A stretch of 64,000 nt of DNA from Eledone cirrhosa. Lineage: Eukaryota. The DNA lies in assembly GCA_964016885.1 (NCBI GenBank), contig OZ024746.1, positions 90,768,001-90,832,000 of the forward strand, read 5' to 3'. Under the pieces are notes generated by a model that saw nothing but the letters and a program-made list of their open reading frames with translations, was not told the origin of the DNA and did not search any database. This document shows, piece after piece, positions 23,844 through 36,955 of this stretch. Within the stretch, counting starts at the first letter, position 1; every line of letters starts with the position of its first letter. Both the position numbers and the translations under genes were made by a program.

Positions 23844-25547
23844 TAGTTACACACCTAACATACACACATATATATATATGCACACACATACATATATCAA
23901 ATGTATATGTCTTTGAAGTATGTGTAAGGGTTCTCACGATTTTTAGTCAGTTTTATTTATAATTTAATCCTGATTAAAGTATTTTTGTTTTCTGTTTTTA
24001 CCGTTGGTTACCAGTATGTGTTAAATCTGATGACATCGTTTAACAAGCCGTCGTTTCCATATAAGACATCTCAATGGCCACCCCTGCTAACAATTAAACA
24101 GTCTGTCTATTTATACTTCATATCTCATCTGTTTTCTCTTAGACTATTTAGAAAGTTTTTTTTTTCTTTCCTTCCACCTCTAACCAATTAAATACCACCC
24201 ATCTCTTTTTTCCTCTCTTTTTTCCTTTTTCAAGGTCGCCATCGTTTTGTTTGTTTGTCCTTTTCTTTTCATTTTTTTTTCTTTCTCTCCTTATCCCCCC
24301 CCCCCACTTTTTATCTCTCTCTCTCTCTCTCTATCTCTATCACTCACTTAGGTCGTTGTCTCAAATGGCTTTTTTTGAAGAGGCAAAAAGCAACGTTTTG
24401 AAAAGAACTGCGATTAAACGATTAGCAGCTTTCAACGAAAACAACACAGTATTCTTTTTCTTACCCTCGTACGAAGAGGAAACTTCTAAAATAATCAGGA
24501 GCAAACTGCGGTCCGTTTGCTTCTCTGCATGGCACGCCTATTTTCAAAATTGCTTTGAATGTTTTGGTAGTGCTGCACGCCTTATGATGAGGCATATCTG
24601 ATGCGGCCGACAGCTCGAAAAAGGATGCCATGCCTCTTCTAAACGTTACATTCTTCACTCGTCACTTCAATCTTGTATGTATGCATGGACTCCTGATGGA
24701 GTCGCAGGAGCAACTTCTTGGACACTTTAAACCTGGAGGAGCTCATGCTCCCACAGGTTTGAACAGCCGATCTCTTCCAGAGATAGATAGAGAGAGGGGT
24801 GAGGGAGAAAGAGAGAGAGAGAAAGAAAGAGAGAGAGAGAGAGAGAGATGAAGTAGGAAAGAGGTATATAGAGGAATTGGCCTCAGTAGAGGACGGGTAT
24901 ATTCTTTTTATCAATCTCTAAAAAAAAAAAAAAATCAAAGGTAAAGTTGTCTTCAGCGGGATTTGAACTCAGAGAGAACATAAAGCATTTTATCTGATGT
25001 TCTAACGACTCTGCCAATTCGCCGCCTCACTTCAATTCTAGGAACTGATTATAACTGACAAATACCATAACCTGTTTCCCTGGATTCCAGTTTTTATTTA
25101 CTCCTATAAACCGTTAACTTGACACTCGTGTGAAGTCATCAAGTCACACTTCTAATTTCAACTTACCTTCCGGTAATTTGAAATCACTTTCATATTAGCT
25201 TGGGGGTAGCCTGAACCTTATTTCGAAATATCTTTCCACTGTTCATATTACCACCCTAAATTCTAACACTTACAACACATTACGCGCTAGCTAGTCTCAA
25301 AATGTGTGAAGAAAAAAAAAATGATCATAAAAATGGTAGATTTTTACCCTTCACCTTTACCTACGATTGTTTTTTGTTGTTGTTTTCTTCATAATTTGAG
25401 ACTAGCTCAGAATTTTGGGTTTTCCGTGCTTTAAGCAATCAACGTTTCATGTGTTCTAAGTATTGGAATTACTTATTTTAGCTGAGAGAGAGCGAGGTGG
25501 GGTGGGGGGAGATAAAGAGGGAGAGAGAGATAAAGAGAGAAAGCTGG

Positions 25548-25613
<66 letters not shown>

Positions 25614-25655
25614 CAAAATATTAATAAATGAAGACGTTTACATAATCAAAATATG

Positions 25656-25717
25656 TTTTATTATATATATTTCGGAGGTACTGTGCTGTTTTTTCAGTAC
25701 GTTCTCGTCAGATAAAA
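25656..25717 (-). ncRNA. Type I hammerhead ribozyme with palindromic stem III
   Basis: Minus strand: uuuuau-CUGACGA-gaacguacug...caguaccucc-GAAA-uauaua-UA-auaaaa. Confidence 0.78.
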
Positions 25718-25894
25718 TACATGAATTGATGTATGACATACCTCAACTGTCTTGATGGTTCAATTCCAGTATTGGCAGTGATTTATTACAACAAATCTCA
25801 ATATTTATATACACAAATGATAACATGATAAACTTAAATATGATGAAGAAGAGGATGTGGAGCGAGATATAGCTATCTCTAGCTGTCAAATAGA

Positions 25895-26335
25895 GTGTCT
25901 GATGCCATGCTTTGCAGCAAAGAGTTACGGCCCTTTATGGTTTGAGTTCAAATCCCACCGAGGTTAACTTTGCCTTTCATCGTTACGGTGTCGATAAAAT
26001 AAAGTACCAGTAATACACTGGGATAATTGCTGGGCTTGTGCCAAAAGTAGAAACAATTATTGTAGTTATTTATATTGTGGTGAACATATATTCAAATTTC
26101 AAATTCTCTGAAGCTTCGTAAGTTTCCCACGTATTATTCATACGTCCATGGATTGGCAGTATCGATAGAGGGTCAGACGCCATGCTTTGACGCATAGAGT
26201 TACGGCCCTTTCCATTCTGAGTTCAAATCCCGCCGAGGTCAACTTTGCCTTTCATCCTTACGGGGTCGATAAAATAAAGTACCAGTAATGTACTGGGATA
26301 ATTGCTGGCCTTGTGCCAAAAGTAGAAACAATTAT
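25895..26335 (+). mobile_element. Two SINE family A copies (about 25895-26060 and 26150-26335)
   Basis: Core and B-box present. The second copy has a TSD-like attattca(t/c)acgtcca. Confidence 0.85.
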
Positions 26336-26613
26336 TCACACGTCCAGCTTCTCGCCTAAATCTTCTAAAAAGACGGAAATTAGCCGCCAACGGACATTTG
26401 GTGTTATGGGAAAACGCCCGTACCCGGCATACGTGAGGTGTATGGCATCTCTGTCCAAGTTTGCCCCCCTCTAGCGGAAGGTGGAGTGGGAGGCGATATT
26501 AAAGGGCAAATCTGGGCAATGTTGTCTGTAGAAACCAGTAGTCGGCCAAGTATGCCAGTCTTTCTTCTCCATGCAACCGGTGGCCGATAAATCTTGGCAT
26601 CAGTGATGTCACA

Positions 26614-26686
<73 letters not shown>

Positions 26687-26701
26687 CATACATATATATA
26701 T

Positions 26702-26742
<41 letters not shown>

Positions 26743-26909
26743 TATACATATATATATATACACATATATATATACACACATATATATACATATATATATA
26801 TACACATATATACACATATATATATATACACATACACATATACATATATATATATATATATACATATATTTATATATATATATATGTATATATATATATG
26901 TGTATGTAT

Positions 26910-26943
<34 letters not shown>

Positions 26944-27063
26944 ATACATATACATATATACATATATATATATACATATATATATACACATATATATATA
27001 CATATATATATACACATATATATATACATATATATATACACACATATATATACATATATATAT

Positions 27064-27128
<65 letters not shown>

Positions 27129-27974
27129 CTTGCAGTGGAGCCCAGCGTTGCATGGGATTGGAAAAATTAAACTTCAAAAGTGTAGTAACACCTATAAAGA
27201 AAAAAATCAAATATGATTGTGAGTTGCGCACAAGGAGTGGAAACATAGGTTGTAGTTTGTGCCCTACTTATTTTGGTGAAAAAAATAAATCAGTAACACC
27301 CGGTGTTATTGTTGCTAACCGTTGCTAACCGTTGCTAACCGTTGGCGGGGACGTTTTCAATAAATCCGTTCAGCCTCTTTTTCACCAATTAAGCTTTTTC
27401 TGGTACAACCGATGTCTTATGAAATGCGCCCTTTATACTAAACATCTGTTCATCACGTGCTATGCCAGTGGAGAAAAATCGATAAACCCGCATGGACCAA
27501 GCAGTAAACCATGCAATTGAGGTGGCCGTTTGAGTTGATTTTCCGCTGCTAGGGGTTACAGTAGGCAGAACAACTAAAATTTTATGAGTAAGAAATATTA
27601 AACGGAACAGAATGCATAATTGGTGCAAATTTGAATAAAATCGACCGCAAACTGTAGAAGTTATTAACGTCGATACTTTTTAAAATTTAGTTTTTCTCAC
27701 AGAGGGCCCGAATTTAATTAAAAAAATCGAAAAATGAGTTAGTCCAAAATAATGTTTGGTACATGAGGCATGTTTGTTCCAAATTTGAAGGAAATCGTAT
27801 GTAAACTGTAGAAGTTATTGACAAAAATGATTTTTATGAGTTGGGTTTTCTCTTATAGAGGGCGCAGTAGACACAAATTTGAAAATGTAATGCATTCGTA
27901 CGAAAGTCAGGAGCATAACGCATGTTTGTGCCACATTTGAAGAAAATCGGTTGCAAGTTGTAGAAGTTATGTGG

Positions 27975-28011
<37 letters not shown>

Positions 28012-28029
28012 CTATTTTATATATATAGA
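27129..28029 (-). mobile_element. Complete non-autonomous Helitron
   Basis: Minus strand A|TCtatatatataaa 5' end; 3' hairpin cccatgcaacgctggg then CAAG|T (CTAG variant); no TSD; inserted in (TA)n. Confidence 0.8.
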
Positions 28030-28062
28030 TATACATACATACATATATATATACATACATAC

Positions 28063-28679
28063 ATGATGGCTGCCCCTCGTTATCGAGTATGGCCATTGCA
28101 CGATATACCATTATTAATAATTATTAATTAATTCTATCGTGCAATGCCTGTGTGTGAAGATCATTTTTAAAGTGAGGAAAGACTGTGCACTGAGCCAATC
28201 CCACTCTCTGAGCGACAGTAGCTATAACCCGAAAAGAAGAAAAGATCAACATCATCGGTAACTACTGAGCCGCAGGTTTTATATCGGAGTTATCCCAGTT
28301 TCCTGAGTTGCCTTCTCCTAGAAGAGTGCCCTGACAAAGGCTAGGGTCCTTCACTCCCAGTGGTTTAACCGCGCGATCAGGTGTCCAGCCCGACTATTTC
28401 TATGACCCCGCGCATATACACACACATGCACCCATGTATATACACATATACATACATATGTACATGTGTATATACATATTTACACACTTTTGGATGGACG
28501 TTAACTCTTATGAGTTCTTCCGCCCTTTGTCAGGTTTTGTTTTTTGTCCTGCAGGGTGTCCAAAATCCCTCTCCTCACCAAGTAAACTTGGTGGGGTTGC
28601 CGGTTTAGTCGCCGACGACCCGACCATGCGACAGGTTGTACTGGGTTACATGTTACCAGTAGCACTCAAGAGTGACCCG

Positions 28680-28680
<1 letters not shown>
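28063..28680 (-). mobile_element. Non-autonomous bipartite derivative of the zinc-finger RTE (putative 5' UTR + 3' end)
   Basis: The 3' end matches 12511-12552 and the body matches 42625-43020. (TATG)n on both sides. Confidence 0.82.
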
Positions 28681-28722
<42 letters not shown>

Positions 28723-28736
28723 TACATACATATATA

Positions 28737-29030
28737 TCTGTTTTCAGGGGGACCGCTTGGTTTTGCTTACCTTGACGTTGTTACCTTTGGCATCCTAGAG
28801 TCGTTCATGCGCGAGACAGGATATGCCTAGCGGAGCTGTCTCAGCATCAGCATGCTCTCAATACTTGCGATATGCCCTCTTGAGAACTTCCTCGCTTGTT
28901 ACGTAGCCATGCCAACGGATGCCCATGATGGAACGAAGGCATCGCTGATTGAATCTTTCCAGTAGCTTGATCTGCTTCCGGTACAGGACCCATATTTCAG
29001 CTCCGTAGAGGAGGATAGTAATTACAATAG
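28737..29030 (-). mobile_element. RTE-clade LINE RT C-terminal fragment
   Basis: ILLYGAEIWVLYRKQIKLLERFNQRCLRSIMGIRW...SIESML...RMNDSRMPK. Confidence 0.85.
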
Positions 29031-29771
29031 ATTATATATTATATATATACACTATATACACCATATATACACTACACTATATATGTTGTCGAAGGGAAAA
29101 AGTCAAGACCGACACAGCTTGGTACCAGTAACGTCGCAACTTCTACAGCTGCGTGAACTGGAGTAACATAAAATAAAATGTTTTCCTGACACCACACATC
29201 ACCCGGTCAGAGAACCGAACTCACCATTATCAGACGTCATAAACCGTCACAATATATACTGTATATACACTATATTAGGTTTCTAATTGATTCTGCTTCT
29301 TTCTAGCTCTCTTTTTAAAATCCGTTTTTGATTTTCCAATTTTTTTCAAAATATTCACGAAATTAGAAAGTGTCCTGGGATTACGCCCTTGTGGCTAATA
29401 TCCCTTAACACTATGTCATAGGAAGGCATCATATTTAAATGCAAGAACATCAATATTGATAAAATACGATATAAAATATAGGGATTACGCCCTTGTGGCT
29501 AATATCCCTTAACACTATATCATAGGAAGACATCATATTGAAATACAAGAACATGGATATTGATAAAATACGATAGACAAATGTCCAAGGATAAATCTTT
29601 TCACCCCAAACATAGAAAACACTGAACTGTTCCAAACTCTTCTATTGGCAAAACAACCCAAAAGGAAAAAGAATTCTCCAATAAAACTTGGTAATAATCC
29701 AATTTCTTCATGACTGTCACAAAAAATGTCTGTAGATGCCAAAAACACATATATGATAAGTGTGTGTGTTA

Positions 29772-29845
<74 letters not shown>

Positions 29846-29983
29846 TTAAAGGTTAAACAAGGTTCAATGAATAAATCAAAGAATAAGTTTTACAATAGAT
29901 TGGAAGCACTCAACTAGTGTTTTCCGGAGTTATTAATATTAATTCAAAATATTAACAAAAATAGACATTCGTGTGATCAAGTA

Positions 29984-30050
29984 TATTTTATTATACATAT
30001 TTCAGAGGTACTGAGCTATCTTCAACAGTACGTCCTCATCAGATAAAATA
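29984..30050 (-). ncRNA. Type I hammerhead ribozyme (same family as 25656) within a 97-bp inverted repeat
   Basis: Minus strand: uauuuuau-CUGAUGA-ggacguacug...caguaccucu-GAAA-uaugua-UA-auaaaaua, with an 8-bp stem I. Confidence 0.8.
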
Positions 30051-30274
30051 AGATGATGCATGACATACCCTGACTTAGTAGATGGTTAAGATTCAGTCAT
30101 GAGGACGTACTGTTGAAGATAGCTCAGTACCTCTGAAATATGTATAATAAAATATACTTGATCACACGAATGTCTATTTTTGTTAATATTTTGAAATAAT
30201 ATATGTATATATATACACACGCACACACCCATAAACAAACACACACACACATATATGTATATATTATTATTATT

Positions 30275-30810
30275 AGGGCGGTGAAGGGCGTTAGATTGGC
30301 AGTATCGCTAGAGCGTCGGACGATATGCTTTATGGCATAGAGTTACGGCCCTTTACGTTCAGAGTTCAAATCCTGCCGAGGTCAGCTTTGACTTTCATCA
30401 TTACGGGGTCCATAAAATAAAGTACCAATTATGTACTGGGATCTACTTAATCGATTTTCCTTCCCCCAAAATTGTGGGCTTTGTATCTAAATCAGAAACA
30501 GTTATTAGGGTGGTGCATTGGTGGAATCGGTAGAGTGTCGCCCAACAAGCGTTGCAGCATAGAGTTATGGGGTCAAATCTGGTCGAGGTTAGCATTGCCT
30601 TATGAGGGTTGATGAAATAAAGTAGCAGTAAACAACGGGGTCGTTTCCCAAAATTGTTGGGCTTCTGCCTAAATCAGAAACCTTTATGATTGGCAGAATC
30701 GGTAGAGCGTCGGACACCATGCTTTGAAGCATAGATTTACGGCCCTTTATGATCTGAGTTCAAATCCTGCCGAGGTTAACTTTGCCTTTCATCCTTACGG
30801 CGTCGATAAT
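30275..30810 (+). mobile_element. Three head-to-tail SINE family A copies
   Basis: Heads near 30277, 30507 and 30688. Confidence 0.8.
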
Positions 30811-30831
30811 TTACCTTTTACCCGTCGATAC

Positions 30832-31033
30832 ATTTACCTGTAGATGTGTGTATATGTAGGTTTACACCTCTGTTATCTCTACCTGTCTATATATTTACCT
30901 GTAGATGTGTCTATAGGTAGGTCTACACCTCTCTTGTCTCTATCTGTCTATATATTTACCTGTAGATGTGTCTATAGGTAGGTCTACACCTCTCTTGTCT
31001 CTGTCTATATATTTACCTGTAGATGTGTCTATG
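30832..31033. repeat. Minisatellite, about 61-bp unit, 3.4 copies
   Basis: atttacctgtagatgtgtctataggtaggtctacacctctc... at 30832, 30893, 30954 and 31011. Confidence 0.9.
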
Positions 31034-31962
31034 TAACTAAAGTCTAACATACGTTCCCTATGGACGACTAAATAATTTTAACTTGTCTTTTAACAATTGA
31101 TGGCGGAAAAGATTTCAAATTGTCTTAACTCAGACCGTAAAGGGCCACAACTCCTGGCGTCTGACACTCTTACCGACTATATAGCCTGGGAGTCTATCTT
31201 TCCTGAACCGGCTACATAGCCTCTTCCTTTGTTTTACACATAACTTTGTGTGTGTGTGTGACAGCTCACACCTATGCAGGTTTAGCTGGCCTCCTCCAAG
31301 GTATATCTCGTTGGAGGTTTCTTGGGTAATTTAATGATAGGGACCCCAGTCCCTATCATCTCATTTCTACAGCTGAGTAAACTGGAGCAACGTGTAATAA
31401 AGTGTGTTGCTCAAGGAAACAACACATAACTTTCACTACACAACACTGCCGTCGTTAGCTGTCAGCTGGATCTCATAACGAAAGCTGCAGCTTCCAACAG
31501 TATCTTTCTAGCAGTGCCAAGCCGATGCTTATTAAGGAATGCCCAGCTTTTCTCGGAATACACTCAAGTGTCGTCTGCCTGTTGGCTGAGGAAATGTTCT
31601 TTACTCTCATTTCTGCTATTTCTTTCACATCCTCCTCGCACACATTACCGCACACATTACCGTACAGATGCTAGCTACAGAGGATTGGCTCATCCCGGGG
31701 ATAGTAGGAGTGTTTTTCTAAGTCAAAGAGTTAGCTTTGGAGTTGATTTAGAAGTTCAAAGAGATGGGGAGAGAGAGAGGGAGAGAGAGAGAGGGAGAGA
31801 GATAAGGCAGCGATATGTGTGTGTTTTTACACATACACGCACACATATATTTATATATATATGGAGAGAGAGGGAGTGTGTGAGGGAGAGAGAGAGGGAG
31901 AGAAATAGAGAGAGGGAGAGATAGGGAGAAAACAGAGAGAGAGAAAGGGAGGGAGGGATTGA

Positions 31963-32008
<46 letters not shown>

Positions 32009-32035
32009 GGGCGGAGATGAAAAAAGTTAAGTAAA

Positions 32036-32226
32036 TAATTGTTTCTACTTTAGGCACAAGGCCAGCAAATGACCCAGTGCATTACTGGTACTTTATTTTA
32101 TTGACCCCGTAAGGATGAAAGGCAAAGTCAACCTCGGCGGGATTTGAACTCAGATCGTAAAGGGACGTAACTATGCTGGAAAGTATGGCGTCCGACCCTC
32201 TACCGATACTGCCAATCTACCGCCCT
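32036..32226 (-). mobile_element. SINE family A
   Basis: Full element with a TSD-like gttaa(g)gtaaataat. Confidence 0.85.
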
Positions 32227-32753
32227 ACGTTAAGGTAAATAATGATTTTAGTAAGGATTGAGATGTGAAGGATTGAGAAGGCGCATGGCTCAGTGGTTAG
32301 AGAATTGGATTCGCAATCGTGAGGCTATATTTTTGTTCTTGTTAATACTGTTTCTGTCGTTATAGATGTTGTAGTTATTATTGTTGCTGTTATTGCTGCT
32401 GTTGTTGTTTTTGGTTTTGTTTTTATTGTTTTGTTGGTGGTGGTGTTGTTATCGCTGGTGCTGTCAGTGTTGTTGCTGATGTTGTTGTTGCCGGTGTTGT
32501 TGATGTTATTGTTGTTATAGCTGTTGTTCTGGTCAGTGTTATTGTTGCTGTTGCTATAGCTGTTGTTGTTGGTGGTGTTGTTGTCACTGTTATTGCTGTT
32601 ATTGCTGTTGTAGTTGTTATAGCTATTGTTGTTGGTGGTGTTGTGGTTATATATTCAGTTTTAACCATTCATTAAGTACAACAATACGTAAACAATACGA
32701 GGTCTGTAACCATTACAACATGTTTTCCTGTTTTTTTCCTGTTTAAATTCGTA

Positions 32754-32810
32754 CTGCCTGATGAGGTCATAGCTGTTGAATAATGGCTACCACTGAAATA
32801 TGTATAGCAG
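32754..32810 (+). ncRNA. Type I hammerhead ribozyme, different family
   Basis: cugc-CUGAUGA-ggucauagcuguugaauaauggcuaccacu-GAAA-uaugua-UA-gcag, followed by aataaa and (TA)n. Confidence 0.75.
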
Positions 32811-32860
32811 CGTATGTGAATAAACATACTCAAAATGTATATATATATATGTGTGTGTGA

Positions 32861-32896
<36 letters not shown>

Positions 32897-33479
32897 TGAG
32901 AGAGAGAGAGAGAGAAAAGGTGAAGTTGTAAATAGCACGGAAAGTATATTTTAGGTTCTGTTTTTCTTTTTTTATCCTTTCTTTGATTCGTCAAAGTGAC
33001 ATTATTGAAACGATAACATTATTGAAAAAAATGAGAGGGACAATTCTCTTTTAAAAAAAGTTTTATAATGTATATACAGTATATAAAGTATTACCGGTTT
33101 CGATGAATAATTAAAATTTATCTTATCAAATGTTGAGTACTGAAATAAAAAAATTAAAAAGAATTAATAGGAGTTAAAAACTAAAAATTAAAGATTTACA
33201 ATTAAAATCAAATGTTGGAGTAAGTTTTCTTCCATCTTTCTTGCTCAAAATTTGGCTGAGAATGAGTTCTTGGTGGTAGTGAGGATAGCAGCAGCTGTGT
33301 TTCTTCACAGAACAAAGTTGTTTTTTGAAAACATCCTGTAAATATGTGTGTGTATATCTGATTGTGTTAATTGACTGGTCAAGAGTTCAAAAGGGGATGG
33401 GGAAATGAAAGCTAGAGGTAAGTTCTATGGCAGCAGCAGGAGTGTAAGAGAAAACAAAAAAGTTTTAAGGTGTTTTTAG

Positions 33480-36115
33480 CGGAGAGTGATTGCGACGGAA
33501 AAACAAGAAAATTCGTGCACGTAAAAATAAATGATGTGAATACCAAATTACAGTTAGACACAGGTAGTGTGACGAACGATAAATTACATTTCTTGGGCAA
33601 AACATCGACGTCACATTTCGTGGGGAGACACACGAAGCAAAATTATTCGTTGTGGATAATACAATCAAACTGTTTGGCACGGATTAGTTGGAACTATTCA
33701 ATTTATGGCACCTCCCCATAAATCTTTACTGCAATAACATAAATGGTTGTCCCGTTAAAAACAAGTCTTCGGAAGAGCTGAAGAAAAAATTGAAAAAAAA
33801 CATGTTCCCGCAAGTGTTATCAGAGGATTTAGGTCTATGTAGAAAGACGGAAGCCTATTTTCAAGTAAGTGATAATGCCTGTATTTAAACCTGTATTTAA
33901 AGCAAACAGAAAAGTACCGTTCGCGGCAATTGAAACCGTAAGAGTTGGACAGACTAGAAAACAGTGGAGTCATGAAAAAGGTGGAATACTCGAAGTGGGT
34001 GGCACCCACGATATGTATTAAAAAGAAAGATAAGATTAATCTGTGTGCCGATTTCTCTACAGGATTGAACGACTGCTTAAAAACATACCAACATCCACTT
34101 CCGACTGCAGAGGACATTTTTTCAAAGTTAAATGGTGGAAAAAGTAAATGAAAAATGCTCGAAGTATTTGACAATAAATACACACAGAGGATTATACAGA
34201 TTCACGCGATTACTTTTTGGATTAAAAGCGGCACCAGCAATATTCCAGCAAATCATGGATACTATGTTATCCGATTGTCAATTTGCAGTCCCGTACTTGA
34301 TATTTTGATGAAGAGTAGTTCTCGTGAACAGCATGTGGAACTAATAAAAGCTGGGTTTAAGAAAATTAAAGTTTTCGGGTTCACTTTGTGTGAAGAAAAA
34401 TGTGAATTCTTTTTGCACCAAATTAAGTACTTAGGGCAAATAATTGATAAAAGTGGTCGACGTTCTGACCCGTCGAGGGCAGACACAATAAGGAATATAC
34501 CTGCGCTGACAAATATTCCAACCTTGCAAGCATTTCTTGGGTTGGCAAACTATTATCAAAGCTACATTCCTGATATACACAAGAGCTCCATTGAACGATT
34601 TATTAAAAAAAAAGAGTAAAGTGGACTAACGTCCACTAAATGCTAGAACACTTTTGAAGAAATAAAAAAAATTCTAATCTCAGACCTGTCGTTAGTACAT
34701 TACGATCCCGAAATGGACATCATTGTAGCGTCTGATGTTTCCAAACACTTTCCGAACAGTTCTACTTCATACATACGAAGACGGAAGTACAGAACCAGTG
34801 GTTCATGTGTCACGCTCGCTAATAACGGCAGAGAAGAGATATAGCCAAATTGAAAAGGAGGCCCTAGCAATTATTTTTGTAGTTAAAAAATTTCACAGAT
34901 TTCTGCATGGCAGAAGTTTTTTTTATTGCAAACAGACCATAGACCTTTGTTGTTGATGTATGGGTCTAAAAAGGTTTACCAACTCATACCGCGAACCGCC
35001 TGCAATACATTCCATCGATATCGGTCATGTGGACTGCTTTTCGTGATTAATTCCCCCAAAATATGGAACCACTAGAAGAGATTATTATAGCAGTACTGTA
35101 GCCAGAATGTAGAATTAAAAGTGTTAGGACGTGCGTTATCCAAGAACTACCAGTGACTACACAGGTTATAAGAATGAAATCTGTAGGTGATGAGTATATT
35201 ACGAAAATGAAAGAAGCTTTAAAAAATAAACAATAAAAATTCAGATGTCAGTAGTTCTTCAATTTGCGACGATAGAGTGGTGGTTCCAACTACATTACAC
35301 AAAGGTGTATTGCAACAATTTCACAGCGGACATCCAGGAATGGTAAGGATGAAAGCACTTATAGACCGAGATATTGAAAATTTGATGAGAACATGCCGCA
35401 GCAAAAGCCGCGCCGGTAAAATATCAATCATGGCCAGAGACGGAGAACCTATGGTCTAGGGTACACATTAACTATGCCGGACCGGTAAACGGCGCTTACT
35501 ACCTAATCGTAGTAGATAGCTGTACTAAGAGGCCGGAGGTTTGCAGGTGCTATAGGGCATGAATTCAAGAACTTTTGTAAAAGGCATGCGATAAAGCATA
35601 TTTTCACTCCACCCTACCACCCGAGGTCAAACGGACAGGTAGAAAGATTTGTGAACACCCTTCAGAGAGCGTTAAGAAAGGCGAGAAATGAATTAAGTAA
35701 CGAAGAAGCACTGACAAATTTCTTAAGAATATACAGAGTTTAGGGAAGTCTCCCTCAGAATTGATGTTCGCAAGAAGAATAAAATCCATTTTTGATAAGC
35801 TGTTACCAGAGGAAAAAAGACGTAAAGGAAATACGAAAGAGCCAGCGAAATACGTGAAGATAGGTGATAAAGTACATTTCAAAACCTATAGAAACGGTAA
35901 AAGAGGCTGGGAAGATGGCCTGGTTACCAGAAAAATTGGAAGTATGATCTATCAAATTAAAGGGTCACATGGTGAACATAAGAGACATACAAACCAGATA
36001 TGATGTATCAAATTAAAGGGTCACACGGTGAACATAAGACATATAAACAAGATAAGGAAGCGACATACCCAAGGCCAGGAAGAAATTCCTATGGAAGTAT
36101 TCTGTGAAATATTTG
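33480..36115 (+). mobile_element. Ty3/Gypsy LTR-retrotransposon pol relic (PR-RT-RH-IN), no LTRs recognised
   Basis: LQLDTGS (protease); SKWVAP...INLCADFSTGLN and KCEFF..IKYLG (RT); YSQIEKEALAIIF (RNase H); FHSGHPGMVRMKAL and WSRVHINYAGP...LIVVDS (integrase). Many frameshifts. Confidence 0.95.
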
Positions 36116-36384
36116 ATGGCTCGCGGGTCGCAGTTTGCCCATGACTGTTGGCAATGTGGTTGTTCGGCTGTTTTTTTCTTTGTCATGGGTACTTTAGAAA
36201 GTTCACTTTCGGACGGACAATGGAGTCAAATTGGATATTTTTTCCTTAATGCTTCTAACAATTGACTAGGATTCGAACGGATGTCTCATCCTAGCCAGTG
36301 TTAAACAGTTTCAAACCCTAAAAGAATCGATGTACATTGTAAGTCATAAGTAACTGGGCAGGTCAACATTTATTTTCTAAATGA

Positions 36385-36575
36385 TAATTGTTTCTACTTT
36401 TTGGCACAAGGCCAGCAATTACCCAGTGTATTACTGGTACTTTATTTTATCGACCCCGTAAGGATGAAAGGCAAAGTTAATCTCGGCGGGATTTGAACTC
36501 GGAATGGCAAGGGCCGTAACTCTACGCGTCAAAGCATGGCGTCCGACCCTCTACCGATACTGCCAATCCACCGCC
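36385..36575 (-). mobile_element. SINE family A with TSD attttctaaatgataat
   Basis: Direct repeat on both flanks (about 36373 and 36576). Confidence 0.92.
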
Positions 36576-36619
36576 ATTTTCTAAATGATAATATTTACTA
36601 AAATTCTAGTCATACAGTT

Positions 36620-36955
36620 GTTGTGGTAGCAGTAGCACTCCGTCGGTTACGACGACGATTATTCTATTGACACGATCAACAGAACAACCTGCTCGTGAAA
36701 TTAACGTGCAAGTGGCTGAGCATTCCACAAACGCGCGTACCTTAAACGTAGTTCTCAGGGAGATTCGGCGTGACACAGAATGTGACATGGCTGGCCCTTC
36801 GAATTACAGGTACAACTTATTTCTGCCAGGTGAGTGGACTGGAGCAACGTGAAATAAAGTGTCTTGCTCAAGAACACAACGCGCCACCGGGAATCGAACT
36901 CACAACCTTAGGATCGTGAGCCGAATACCCTAACCACAAAGCCACGCGCCTTCAC
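36620..36955 (-). mobile_element. SINE family B, full length, TSD gtcatacagt
   Basis: tRNA-like head (gtggctttgtggttagg; gttcgattccc), ttgtgttcttgagcaagacacttt core and flanking direct repeat. Confidence 0.88.

Noticed and set aside
29377-29575. About 104-bp direct duplication, possibly an LTR pair
   Set aside because: The copies are adjacent, with no TG..CA ends, PBS, PPT or TSD. It is a simple tandem duplication.
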